Shown: positions 34,076 through 47,300 of the stretch, in pieces | Position numbering within the stretch: position 1 is the first letter of the stretch | Layout: each line of letters starts with the position of its first letter | Assembly (NCBI GenBank): GCA_051294905.1 | Contig: CM119372.1 | Span: 17,548,001-17,612,000 of the forward strand | DNA: 64,000 nucleotides | Reading direction: 5' to 3' | Origin: Botryllus schlosseri | Taxonomy: Eukaryota | Program-made: the position numbers and the translations under genes | Notes under the pieces: generated by a model | What the model saw: the letters and a program-made list of their open reading frames with translations, nothing else | Databases searched by the model: none | Told to the model about the DNA's origin: nothing

Positions 34076-34324
34076 TGCTTGCTTGCTCCCCGTTCTCTGC
34101 ATTTGCCATCGTTTCTGCACGCTTGTTTCTATTACCTTTCGTGTTCATTCGTGTATTTGTTTCTGTATCTGTTTCGAATGTTATTTGGATGCTATATTAG
34201 GTAATTTTCGTGGGTGGATACCATGTGGGTTGCTGCTCTGCCTTTAGATGGGATTTTGATGAATGGACTTTGCCATGTTTGGCAAGTCACACAACATAAT
34301 CATGATCAAATCACTGAATCAGCT

Positions 34325-34590
34325 GTCAGTTCAGTTTATTAAGAATTTTCATCTATTCAAAACACCACAAGACTGCGATACAATGAAAATATAGGAAGGT
34401 GTCGAAACGACTTGGAGTAGTATTTGAAATCAGACACCTACCCGGGCCTAGGCGATGTAAAGAGGAGACATGCACACTGAATGCAAAGTTAAAGAAGATA
34501 GTACAAAAAAACAAGCAACAAAATGAGGCGGCATGTGACGGAAGGCGAGATCGATATGTTAATTCGTGGTCCGTTAAACTTGAATGCTGG
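34325..34590 (-). mobile_element. Family A LINE 3' tail
   Basis: Homologous to 2545-2790 (CACCACAAGACTGCGATACAATGAAAA...GGCCTAGGCGATGTAAAGAGGAG). Confidence 0.75.
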
Positions 34591-34929
34591 GCTGACTGTC
34601 CCCTCCTTTCTTTTCCACTTTCGTTGTATTCCGAGTGCTGTGATATTTGAGTCGATGAAATTTCCCATGCAAATGATTCTGATCACCATTCGTCATGTTG
34701 ATTTCGAGTACCGGCGGCGCCAGATGCCGTGTATTCATTTTCATTTCTTGTCCATCTTATTACTCTTAACTTAATTGTAACCATTCGTTGTAGCCTACTT
34801 GCGGTAGGCTATTTCATTTTCATTTATTTTAAGCCAAGATGGCTGTTTGGTTGACTATTCTATGTCGCTTCGTCGTCTTCATATCTGTTCGTTGTACACA
34901 ATCTTGTGGTACTCTCATCTCGTTCAAGT

Positions 34930-35200
34930 CTAAATACATGCAATTTCTACTAAATGATCACTATAGTCAGCCCACAAGTTTACCGGACCCCGACCTGACA
35001 TATCGATCTCGCCTGACTCCTTGGGTCACGTGCCACCTCATTTTGTCGCTTGTCCTTTTGTATTATGCTCTCTTAGTTTTCATTCGGTGTGTATGCCTCC
35101 TTTTTTACATCGCCAAGGTGTTTTATCGCAGTCTTCTGGTATATTGAAATGAGGAAATAGGTAAAATAAATTGATTGATTGAAGTAACTGAACTGATACA
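34930..35200 (+). mobile_element. Family A LINE 3' tail in the opposite orientation
   Basis: TTCAAGTCTAAATACATGCAATTTCTACTAAAT...TTTACATCGCCAAGG...TATCGCAGTCTT...(ATTG)n. Confidence 0.65.
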
Positions 35201-35310
35201 CACAACGGGATTGCCTATCACTACCACTTTGCAGACTAATTCTTCCTCCATTTAATATATATAGTTTTGATTAGAATTGAATACCAGTATTGGCCTAGCT
35301 CATAAAAATC

Positions 35311-38300
35311 ATGACGTTGCGGATTGGCATTGTACTGCTATTTCTGGCTACTATAATCAACGAAGCATCGTCTCAAGCAAAGAATAGCAAATCAGCGCGG
35401 AAGATAATAGTATGTTTCGTTGATCCTTCAATATTCAATGTTGTTCCTTTCTTCATGTTGGTTGGGATTTTGTGACATAAGAGAGAAAAAAATGATGTGT
35501 ATTTTCATCAGAAAATAACGATTCTTCTCTTAACTAGAACCTTAATGTTCAACTTTTTTACTTGAAACTTTACCCAATCATCCCATACCTAATTCATAAC
35601 CGTCTTGTGCAGGTACAAAATGTGAAGATCGATGATAAAACTCGAATATCGATATACGACGGTGTAATCGGTGCTGAAAAAATTACTGTGCTTTCGGAAT
35701 ATGCTCAAAATGGGAATTTACAATTTGTACAAGAGGTAGGTCAATCATTTACTGTATCTCAATTGCAACAGAGACGACTGGTTTTGCCCAGCATGGGTAA
35801 TGGGTACTTGGGTAGGCCTACTCAATAATTTTGTGTGATTGGCATATTTCTGTCAGTAGCGTGTAAGGCAGAACCTTTTTTCCAATCTTATGCTCGCTTT
35901 TATGCGGAATTATTATCTTTTACCATTTTTATATGAATAAATTGATGTTGATTGTTTCATCGCAAATAGGCTACAATTACACTATGTAACATTTTTTTTC
36001 CTTGGTAAATAATTACCGTACTATGTTTTTTTGTGCCATAAAAACATGAAAAATCTTAGTTATACCACAATAACTTCGGGCACATGTTACTCAGAGTACT
36101 TTAAATCTGTATTTTTGGATCATTTCATGTCTTATCAACCTAAAAATAGATTGGGTCTACATCAAGTTTCAGATGACCTTCCCGCTGTTTATCAATGGAT
36201 TTCTCCACTTCAGCTGTACTTTTGTAGTGAAGCCCACTGCAATTCCTCTTCCTCTTTATTTGCTTTTCAAGTTCACAAGTTTTTTTTTTCGGTAGCCTAC
36301 CATAAAGGAAGGCTAAAAATAGTACTTTTATTCTCTATCCCATATATTGTCACTTTATGACTAAATTACATCCAACCGCTTCAGCAATGTTCATTCCGTA
36401 GCCTACTGCTTACATTTATGACTAGTGCGAGATCGCGAGTCTATGAATCACAAAAAAGGAGATGGATTCCAATGGAGACGGCATTCTAACCAACAAGCAA
36501 TATATCGTTAGATTCAGAATTTCAACACGTAGCCAACTACGCCACGAAGCTAGATCATTTATTAATATTTTTATGAAATCAATACACCACACGATTGCAA
36601 TATAATGAAAAGATAGGAGGGTGCCAAAACGACTTGGAGTACTGTAGTCTTTTAATCAGACACCCGCCTTGGCCTACAGCATGTAAATAAGAGGCAATGC
36701 ACACTGGATAAGAGAAAGGATAAAATATAAGTAGGCGACAAAAATGAATGCTGCAGGTGTTGGTAGGCGAGGTCGATATCGGTGTTGGGATGACTCGAGT
36801 CATGACGTGACTCGAGTCACTTTTTACGTATGACTTGACTTGCCTCGAGTCACTTTGCTCAAATGACTTGACTTGACTTGGCGTATCAGAAATGTGGATT
36901 GACTCGTGACTCGGAGCAAAATTCACGAGTCAATTTCAAGTCATCAAGTAATCGGTGACGATAAAAATCACTGTGTCTTACATATGTTCGGATTGTTCGC
37001 GAAGCGCTGATGTAACCCGCAAGAGCGACCAATCATTCAATGATCGTTTGTCCTACTGAGCCTCCATTGTTCTCTCACAAATAAATTGAGCGCAAACGAA
37101 GTGATTGAAGCTTACCGCTTACGTTGTCGTAAACTAGTATAGTAAAGTAATTTGATAGCAGAATGTATAATTCTGTTCTCTGTTCTTACCTTAACCAAAC
37201 CTCTTGTTTTATTGAAATTGAATTCGAATATAGGTTATGTAGTTCTCAACCATTAGCGCAGGCTCGAATAGTATCAATATGTTAATGGGCAATGTATTGC
37301 ATCTCATCAATTCGTTTCTCTATTCTCTATTTTGGCTGATAACTATAAACGGAGGCTATGCAATTGCTTACGTAGTTTAGCAGTTCTACGTATAGGGCTA
37401 TGTGAGCGATATAGCGCTTTCTTCTGCGTATATTTAACTCTGTATTCGTTCATCGGTTCAAAATCTATGACCATTCTATTTGTATTTCAGACAGCTAGCA
37501 AAATGCAATGACGTAATCATGCCTCATACTTCGAGAAGGCAACTTGACTTGAATTGTGACTTGACTCGTGACTTGACTCGACTTGACTCGAGTCACCTCC
37601 AAAATCGATTGACTTGACTCGACTCGAGTCACCTTCGAAAATCGATTGACTTGACTTGACTCGAGTCAAAATGTGCAATGACTCGAAATGACTCGTGACT
37701 CGAAAGTAGTGACTTGATCCCAACACTGGTCGATATGTCATATTGTGGTCCGGTAATCTTGAAGGCAACCTAGAATAAGTTCGTGCTGTTGATATCTTCT
37801 TTCAAACAAGCCGTGAGTGGACCGCTTTTGCTAACTAATTTGATCGATACTATCAATAGATGGTAGAGCTACTAAAGCGTTCCACCATAAATACCTGTAT
37901 AATAATGATATATTACTTGTTGGGTTCGCATCCCATTGAGGTCGTGTTTTACAGTTTTGAAAAGCGAAGCAAAAATTTTCGGCAAAATACCGCCGGTTTC
38001 AGCTGGTAAAATGCAGACGCACGCCGTACAATGAGCATATTTATATTTCAGAACTTTGACTATGCCATGGATAACGGACTGACGCCTTTCTTGTCCGTAC
38101 TGGATAGAGAGGAGTTCAGCAAGTCAAAGGCAAACGACGTTATCAAGAGCTTGGTGAAAAAATCTATCGGCGCAGATGTTAGTTTGTGTTGTTTTTTTGT
38201 TCTATTTTATCCTTCCAAAGTGTTGTAGATTTCCTTTATATCGATATGCTTGTCAGTTAGATGGGTCAATCATATTGAAAGTATACTATCTAATAGTCCA

Positions 38301-41300
38301 TACTTTAATTACCCTTAAGCATGAACTGTATGTACGTTTTATCTCGATATCTGGAAATAACGATATTGCATGTATCCATTTTCCAATACCGGTTGCGTCT
38401 GTAATTGTGGTTATGAACATTCGCACCAATGGGTACTGTTGCTCTTTGTTAAATGATATAGTCGTAGTTTCCGAATCTACTTCTCCCATGCTTGGATCAT
38501 ACAACTTTTAAAAAATTGCATTTGCTTGTATTTTAGTTTTTTCAAGTTATGTGATGCCTTTGTGTTTTCGTCGGTGTGAATTAATGCACATTCATCAGTC
38601 ACAAAGTGTGAACTTGGTTGTATCCTTCAGGTGAAATTTACAAACGCCTATATGGAGCTGCTGCATTCGTTAGATCCCAAGCCGCCTGTGGTTCAGTTTT
38701 GCCGCGAAAACGTTTACTACGCTACGATTTTCTTGCCTAACAAGTGGGGACACAATATGTATGGACAGGTACCCGTTTTCTTCCATTCGTCGTGATTCAA
38801 TGTACAAACAGCGTTGTGTAGGACTGGGAAAAATGGAGTATCTGAGTGTCAAGTATTGAAGTTCGAGTCAACTTTTCCGGTATAACTCATCATTACGTCC
38901 TAAATACAGGAAAATTTCAGAAGCTGAAACACGCTCTTTTCTGTCGACTGCAAACGAAGCATTGTCAGATCATCTCGAGCAGAAATAAATTTCTTTTGTG
39001 CACATTGTGAGAACTGACAACGTTGCAGATTGATGACTATTTAAAAGAAAGGTCGTTTTTATCGACATGCATAGCCACTTGTTTTTGATGCTTTAGCGTG
39101 TATGAATTATCCAAGTTTTCTTTAAAGTTACTTGCGACATTCTTCAATGTCTCTCGCTCGCTTTATTGTAGCTGTCATACTAGATAACATAGCGATCAGT
39201 GGCACCATCTGGTTTTACAGGAAGTGGTGTCATATCCTGATACGACTATGATTTTCCCACTCTGTAAATGATTTGCGGAAAGTCTGGCAATTCCGTATGC
39301 CAGCCTTATGTTAACTATCAGTAGATTAATCCGAGATATCTGTGATTTTTAGCTGTCATTTTACACTATTTCGACCAATAACAATGTGAGTTCGACGCCA
39401 AGAGAGGAAATCGTTCACACCGTACACCCAAAACCAGGCAGGATTGTGGTGTGGCCGTCCTGCGCACTTCAAGCCGCACACCCACCTGCGGTCAATTATT
39501 TCGCTAATCTCATGATGCTGAGATTGGTGTATACAAAAGCGGATGCAGAGGGTGAGTGCTTTAGTTGATGCTGAAATCAACTGATACACGAAAATAAGAC
39601 GTAATACGTTCACTGAGAAATATACTTCCTGTACAGGGATGATCATAGTAGTACTTGCTGATACCAGTATTCAACTAGAAGTAGCATTTTCCAAGTCAAT
39701 AAAAAAATAAGTATCGTCGGCCTAGTTTTTGCCTTAAAAACTGAAAACTGTTACTAGAAGTGGAACTGGTCTAAAAATCATTACCACTTGAGTAGGCTAA
39801 GTACTACAAGTAGGCGAAACCTACTTCATTACTCTGAAAAAGTAGAAGTGGTTTGTTGCTGACCAGTGACCACCTCTGCTCACTCCTACGTCACCCAAAA
39901 CGCTTTGAGATATTGGGAGATTTGAGGAATAATTAGACCAAGTCGTTGCGGTTGCTGCGATAGCAATGGCGACTCTGTTACCGCGACACTCTTTGTGAGA
40001 TTTCCGGTTCGTTTGAAGAAAGAACGATTGCCCTTTTCAGAGACAGTGAGCGAGAAATTTTTGATGAAAGATCCCGAGAAGCCAAAACTCGGAGACTGGA
40101 CTTTCACGAATGCTGACTCGAAGCGAGAGATCGACTATGCTAGTCATTTAAAACGAAGTTATTTCGACAGCAAACGGAGGTTTGTCAATTTTACTGCTCC
40201 GGCATTCGGCTGCATGTTGAGATTTTGCACCGTTACGGAAGGTTATCCTCGACAAATGTTAGGCCGTGTTAAGCCGAGTAACAACACGCAACAAGATAGT
40301 ATATGGCGTTACCAATAACAACTATTGTAGGTTTAATTGGTGTCTCGGGTCACGGAAATAGGATCAATAGCATGATCATGTTTACGTGTTGTATCGACAT
40401 CCTATCTGTTCGTTACATCACATCATGTCTTGATTGTCGCATTGTACCTTGTTTGTCATGAGCGCATGGAAATAATAGAACCGCTGACAATGACTATTAT
40501 GACTATTACTACGATATAATCACCACTTGCGGAGAAAATTTGTAAAGGGGTTAAAAGTGGTATTGAATTGAAGTACAAATACTATAATGCTGTGGTTCAG
40601 TGCAGTGATCAAAGTCATCGCCCACTGTCGCTTTGAAATATTTCGATGACCCACTTCTCACGGTTGAACTCGAAATATATAATGCTGGCAGTAATTCTAG
40701 CCTTGTGATGTAGCCTAGCCTAATCATGACCATTGAACAGACTGGTCAAGAACATATTGGAATTATGAGTATTATGACTCGAGAATGTATCATTATGTCT
40801 TGATGGTTATTGTATGACCGTTTTCAAACCCCGAACCCTGTTTATTGTGTGTAGAAAATAGCGATTCCGAAGTCAATTAACTTGTCAGGATGAATGTCCT
40901 TACCTAGGCCTACTATATTTCGCATTCGGTTTGCTCCCAATGACTGTCAGCTGAAAAGCATGGAGTGTAATATATTTGCCGAGGCTGTAATGAATGAATG
41001 AAACCAAGTTTTCATTTCACAATTTCCAATTAGCTACATGGCTCACCCCGAAATGTTCCTATGGCACGCCCCTTAAGAACCACTCATAATATAATGTAAC
41101 ATGACCGATATCAATTTTTTGTATTTACGACAGAGGCATATATGTACTGGATGACTTATATACCCCGGCTGAATTGAAGCAGTTTCGTAACATCTTGCTG
41201 GAAACAAGTTCGCTTCGCGTTTCCGAATATGACGGCTTCGCCTTGGAAGACAACGATAACGTTCAGTGGATTGCGTCGTATGACGTACGTTGTCACTAAT

Positions 41301-44300
41301 TAAATATATGTTCGTCGATGCGTGGATTAAATCGTCAGTGTATTGACCAGAGTATGGATCAAGTCACTACCTTCGAGTCACAACTCATTTCGAGTCATTG
41401 CACATTGACTTTGAATCATGCCTTCTACTTCAAAAATTAAACTCGACTTGACTAGTGACTTTACTAGACTTGACTCGAGTCACCTCGAAAAATCGAGTGA
41501 CTTGACTTTACTCAAGTATGCTTAGAAAATCAATTGACTTGACTCGAGACAAGTCAAGTCAGTCGTTTTTGGCGGTGACTCGAGTCAAGTCAAGTTGGAT
41601 TTTTGAAGTAGAAGGCATGATTCAAAGTCATTGCATTTAGATTAGATTTAGATTGAGTCCCCATATTCTGAATTGAGGAACAAATATAGAGTTGAAAATA
41701 TACGCAAAAAGGCGTTGAATCGTTAGATCATATGTAGAACTGCTAAAGTACGTAATTAACGGTATAGCCCCAGTCTATAATCATCAGCCAAGCCAGAAAT
41801 AGAAGATAGAAAACGATACCATGATATACAATTTCAGCCTGATGCAATTGTTGACGAATAATATCAACGTATGGAGGATATTCGTTCGATCTAAATCATA
41901 CAAGAGGGTTGGTTATATGAGCACAGGGCAATGTGACCAGTTTATACAACAGTGATACATTGCTATTGGATGACTTAACTACTAGTTTTCGACAATGTTG
42001 CATAAGCCGTAACCTCCGATCATTGTGTTTGCGATCAATATATTTGTGATATAACAATAGAGTCTCAGTAAAACGCATAATCATTATGTGATTGGGTGCT
42101 TTCACAGGTTACACCAACCAGCATATAGCTAAAAATCCAGATAAAGCGATATAGACAACACCGATTACTCGATGGCTTGAAATTGACTCGTAAATTTTGC
42201 TTCGAGTCACAAGTCAATCCTCATGTATGAAACGTCGAGTCATTTTTATAAATTGACAGGCCTGAATGCACTTCAAATTGAGTTTGTTACAGCAAATGTG
42301 ATTACGGCCGTTGCATGCAGTGCTTAATCTGGTAAATGCCAGTCCGATAATGTCATACGCTGAAAACATTTTTGTCGAAAACTACCGAGATTGTGTCTCA
42401 GCTGTGGTTTCTTCCGTTATCCAGGTGGAGGAATTTGTGAAGACTCCAGTCTGGACCAGAATGCAAGAACTGCTGTTCTTCTTGACCCAGGAAAACGAAT
42501 GGTATCCATATGACGTCGCCATGAACTATATTCGTCCGGCGGATCATACAAGGATCCATCCTGATGCTGAGCCCCATCAGGTTTGGTCGTTTGATACGAG
42601 ACATGGATTTTGTTTGTTAAAGAACGAATTCGTTAGCTACCATGTTCAATGAATAGTGTTCATACAGCCAGGGCCATGGCGAGATCCAAGATGGATGAAA
42701 TACAAAGGACAGACAAATAAACCATGAAATTTTTCCGGTCCTAATGTCACCTGTTCAGGGCATTTTTGGTAAACTGATGACCAGGGCAATTTTTTTACCT
42801 AAAAATCAAAATTTTGACATTTTTTTACCTTAAAAAACTGAATTTTGACCTCATGTATGCGAATTAGGTGTTTCCGCACATAATGACATAACAACATTGT
42901 TGGGTTATATTTTTCATCTGAACATGTCACACACAATGTACAATGCGATAAGACATAATGCGATGTCATGAACAGATAGGAGGATGTCGAACGACACGCA
43001 TCAGTAGCGATCCTTTACTCTAACATCCACCTCGGCCTAGAGTGCCCGATGTCACAGTTCTTTTCGATGTTGATCTTTTTTTGTAGCCGCCGCCCTTTCT
43101 ACTAGTTCTTTCCATTCCTTGTGAGTGCTTTCTTTCGTCGGGTCTTTTACTGGGCTTTTTTATCGCCGTAAGAATGGTAACGGCGGGGGAAGAGGAGCCC
43201 AGATAAACCTCCGACAGGAAACGAACCCAGTCCGTCTGATTGGTGGGCGCTTATCGTAACCACTACACTATCTCCCCCTGTCTGAATTGTACTACTTATC
43301 TTCATTTCTGGTTTCAACTGTCTGTCTGTTTGAAGTAGTTTAGCCTGTAAAAACTTTTTTGACTTCAAATCTGACTAATTTTTACATGAAACAACTTAAT
43401 TTTAACGAAATCTGGACCTATGAAGAATTCCAGTAGTGACATCACACATAATGGTACAACTAATTAAAATTTGTTGTATTGCAACGAAAGAAACTTTCCT
43501 ACATTCTCAGGTAGAACCACAAAGTAGCTTGCCAAGAATGGAGAAAGAACGTTCAACAGCAGCAGTTGTTGGCTACCAACACTGAAGTTGTGCATACACT
43601 GCTGGTGACACACCGTGTTGCTTCATTCTGACGATGTTGCCTACATCACAATTTTTCATCATGCACTTCTGGATATAAGAACCAATGCCCACGCAGATTG
43701 CTTCAGTTAGGATATTGCGGCACGTTAAGCATAACACCACATGTCAACCTATTTGTCTCATTTGACCGTTTATGATTCACAATGAGCCGACAATTGGCCG
43801 TCTACAACGGTAGGCCTTTAAAGTAGGCTACATGCTGCAAAATTTCAAATGATAAGATCACTGACAGTGCAAACATCTACAATACAAACGAAATGCAGGT
43901 TGCAAAAATATTTTGACTTTGTAAACAATTTTGAATATTTTTGACATAACGCTACAATTTTGATAACATTTTGACATGTCAAAAAAACTGATGCCCAAAA
44001 ATAAAATAAAGTCACTTTCGCCACCCTTAATCAGGGCCTCATTGACACAAATAAGGACACAATTCAAAAATAAGGACTACAAATAAGGATTTTATGGCAA
44101 CCATGCCGACCACTTAATTGTTAAATCTTTATTAATACTGATTTATTTGATAGTTGTTTAAGTGGTAGTTATGAAATGTTGTGCTTGATACAGAGTACTT
44201 GCAACACCATTCGAGTCCTGTTGCTATTGATCTAACAAACACCTACACTTCTCACCTGATCTAATCTATTGATGCAGCCAACTGACGTATCGTCATCTTA

Positions 44301-47300
44301 CAGGTGGAATACACCTTTCTTTTGTACTTGACCGAGAACGTCACTCGAACCGATTTTGGCGAAACCGTTTTTGTGGAGCGAGAGAAGCGAAAATCGGACG
44401 GAATTCACGCCTTCACAAATCCAGGCGGAGAAGAGTACGAGCCCATTGCCGCCGTTTGGCCCAAATACGGGAGGGTTGTTATTTTCAGAAGTAAGGTCAC
44501 CCACAATTCTGACAGCTGCTGTAGCTCGGCAGGCTCGAAAAACCGGAGTGATTCAATTCGGAATTTAGTATTGGGCTTCGAGTCGAGTTTTCCAGTATGG
44601 ATATTATGAAAATTTCAAATATTTACCTTTTATGCTATTTATACATGTTTTGGATGCTGTGGTACGACCAATCGAGGGTTTCAAAGTTTCCACAGTAGGA
44701 AAAAGTGTTGGAACCATAATTGAGTTAATATAACTCGCAGTGGAAAGGAGCGTACAATTTTAGTACTCACAATAATCGTTTCGCTATACTCAACTCGAAT
44801 TATTACAATTAAAAAGCCTACTTATCAACGAGAATGATACTTCATCATCATCATCATCATCATTGGTTTATTAGCAATTTTATCAGTTCAATACACCACA
44901 AAAATGCGATACAATGAAAAGACAGGAAGATGTCGAAGCGACAAGGAGTAGTCTATGGAATCTGACACCCACCTTGGCCTAGGCGATGTAAAGAGGAGGC
45001 ATGCACACTGAATGAAAGTAAAGAAGATAGTATAGAAAAAGAATGCGACAAGAAATAGGGCGGCATGTCATGGGAAGCGAGATCGATAGGTCAGTCGTGG
45101 TCCGGTAATCTTGAGGATGTACTGTATTTATTTAGTAGTAATTGCTTGTATTTCGACTTGAATGTGGACATGCTCGTCGACTGTCGGATGGCCGGCGGGA
45201 TACTGTTCCACACATCAGGTCCGGCATATTTGATGGAGCGATGATCTTTTCGGTCGATCATATGATATTTGGACGACGTGGACGCGCGTGTGTTGTACTT
45301 GTGCGCTTCGGTACTTTTTTCCCAACCTGGAAGCCTTGAAACTTCAATTGATCGTATAACATCTTCCAAAAGTAGTACAAGTACAAGGCACACGTACGTT
45401 AGTTGAAATGACATTTGTGTGAAGTCATGTCCACCCACAGCATTGTATTGTCACGAGGTGCAATGAAATCAGTAGGATCGAGAAAAATAACACATTATCT
45501 TTGTGTGGTATATAAGTGATATTGTTTTTCGCGGTCACATAATTGGTACGGTACATATGTCAACTTTCCACGTCATCCTTACTTATGGGATGTCATAACG
45601 AGTGATACTCAACTCGAAGCGTAATGCTCTATTCGGAATCGAGCCACTCAGATACTCGATTTTACCCAACCCTAGTGACAGCAGGGGCGGGCAACTTCTT
45701 CAGTGGGATATGGTCGAGTGAAGATCAATATCCTTGTTGTTTGTCCGGCATTGACCTGTTTTCAGCAAAACCCTGTTGGACAGTAATACCAGAGGTGGGC
45801 ATTTGTAGATTGCTTTGACCGCCATTGGTTTACGTGGCATACTGCTCGCTGGTGTCTTGGCTGGCCTGGGGCGAATCTTTCCCCGACCAATGTCAGTAAT
45901 CACAGCCAGTCGAATATGTGGTAGTCTTGTGACAAAAACACTCTTGGTTTTAAATATATGATGGCCTATTCTGTTCAATGAAACACTTTTCGTTTCTGCT
46001 TACGGCGCAACATTTATAATTGTGTTTAGATGTGATAGAACATTCCGCGAGACCGCTCAGCACGTCACATTTGGCTTGCCGGTATACGTTTGCTTGCAAG
46101 GCAAGTCGAAGCAAACGTCTGTCACTTATAAAGCAAGTGTACGAAAAGATGGAAGCCATCGATGACGGGACTAAGGAATTTGCAAAGCTCAACCAGTGAG
46201 TCGATTAGTTTTTTATTGAATGCGAGAGCGCATTTGCATTCTTCGGTCTGCTACACATTGTTAGCTTGTATCTCTAAGGCAGAGAAAAGTTCTGTGTCGG
46301 CAGGTTGTAGGGGAGAGGAGGCCAAGATGAGACACTTTTCTGATAATTCAACGCCACTCGAAGAGTAATGCCTTCTGAGGATTAATTTTGGTACCAATGG
46401 AAAGCCTGTGATCTGTACTATTTATGACTATGGCTTGAGTTATATTGAACAACATACTGATGGATTACTTGGCCCTCAAAAATTCTTGCTCAAATGTCTC
46501 AACTTACCCCCAGGTGAGAGTAAGATGAGACACCAAGCAGTTCTTGCTCATTACACCACCAATTCATCCCAAATGATGAATCAACTAGCAGCATCGTGAA
46601 TAAAATATAATAATCATGAAATAATTCACTTTTAAAAAGAATTTGTACATCATATACAAATTTAAATGACATCGAAAACCAATTATCCATGAGATCCAGC
46701 AACAATAAGAGTTTCGTTAATATTTTGTCTTGTAATGTCACATCTGGTAAACTACTAGATAAATGATACATTTTGTGTGCCTTCAACAGTAAATTTTGAA
46801 TCTTGCGAGGCCTTCAATAGAAAAGCCCTCTGATACCCACGTCTCAACTTACCCCCATGGTTTTGTCTCATCTTACCCCCACACCTCAATTATTGTATAA
46901 ACTTGAATAAAAAAATTTTTGTCTATTAGTTTTCAGAGGTAAGTGCATGCTTACACTGCTAATATTGCACTCAGCCAGCTCCAGTAATGTTGTTTTATAA
47001 TATGGAGTACTATGATAGGTAGGTATGCCCTTACAAACATGTATTCACATAACTGACATCGACTGTGAAAATATAGTTTTTGGCATTTTTCTCCCCAACC
47101 TCAAATCTGTTTGCCTTGTTAATATGGTAGAACTATAGAATGACATTATGGGAACAGCATAGTTGAAGGAATCTGTCCATCAGAAAATTTTTCTATGAAA
47201 AAATTGCATGTCTCATCTTGGCCTCCTCTCCCCTATTTATCAATAGAGGATATCAGTACGGTACTTGAGTACTTGCTTTTACGCAAAACCTACTGACGAC

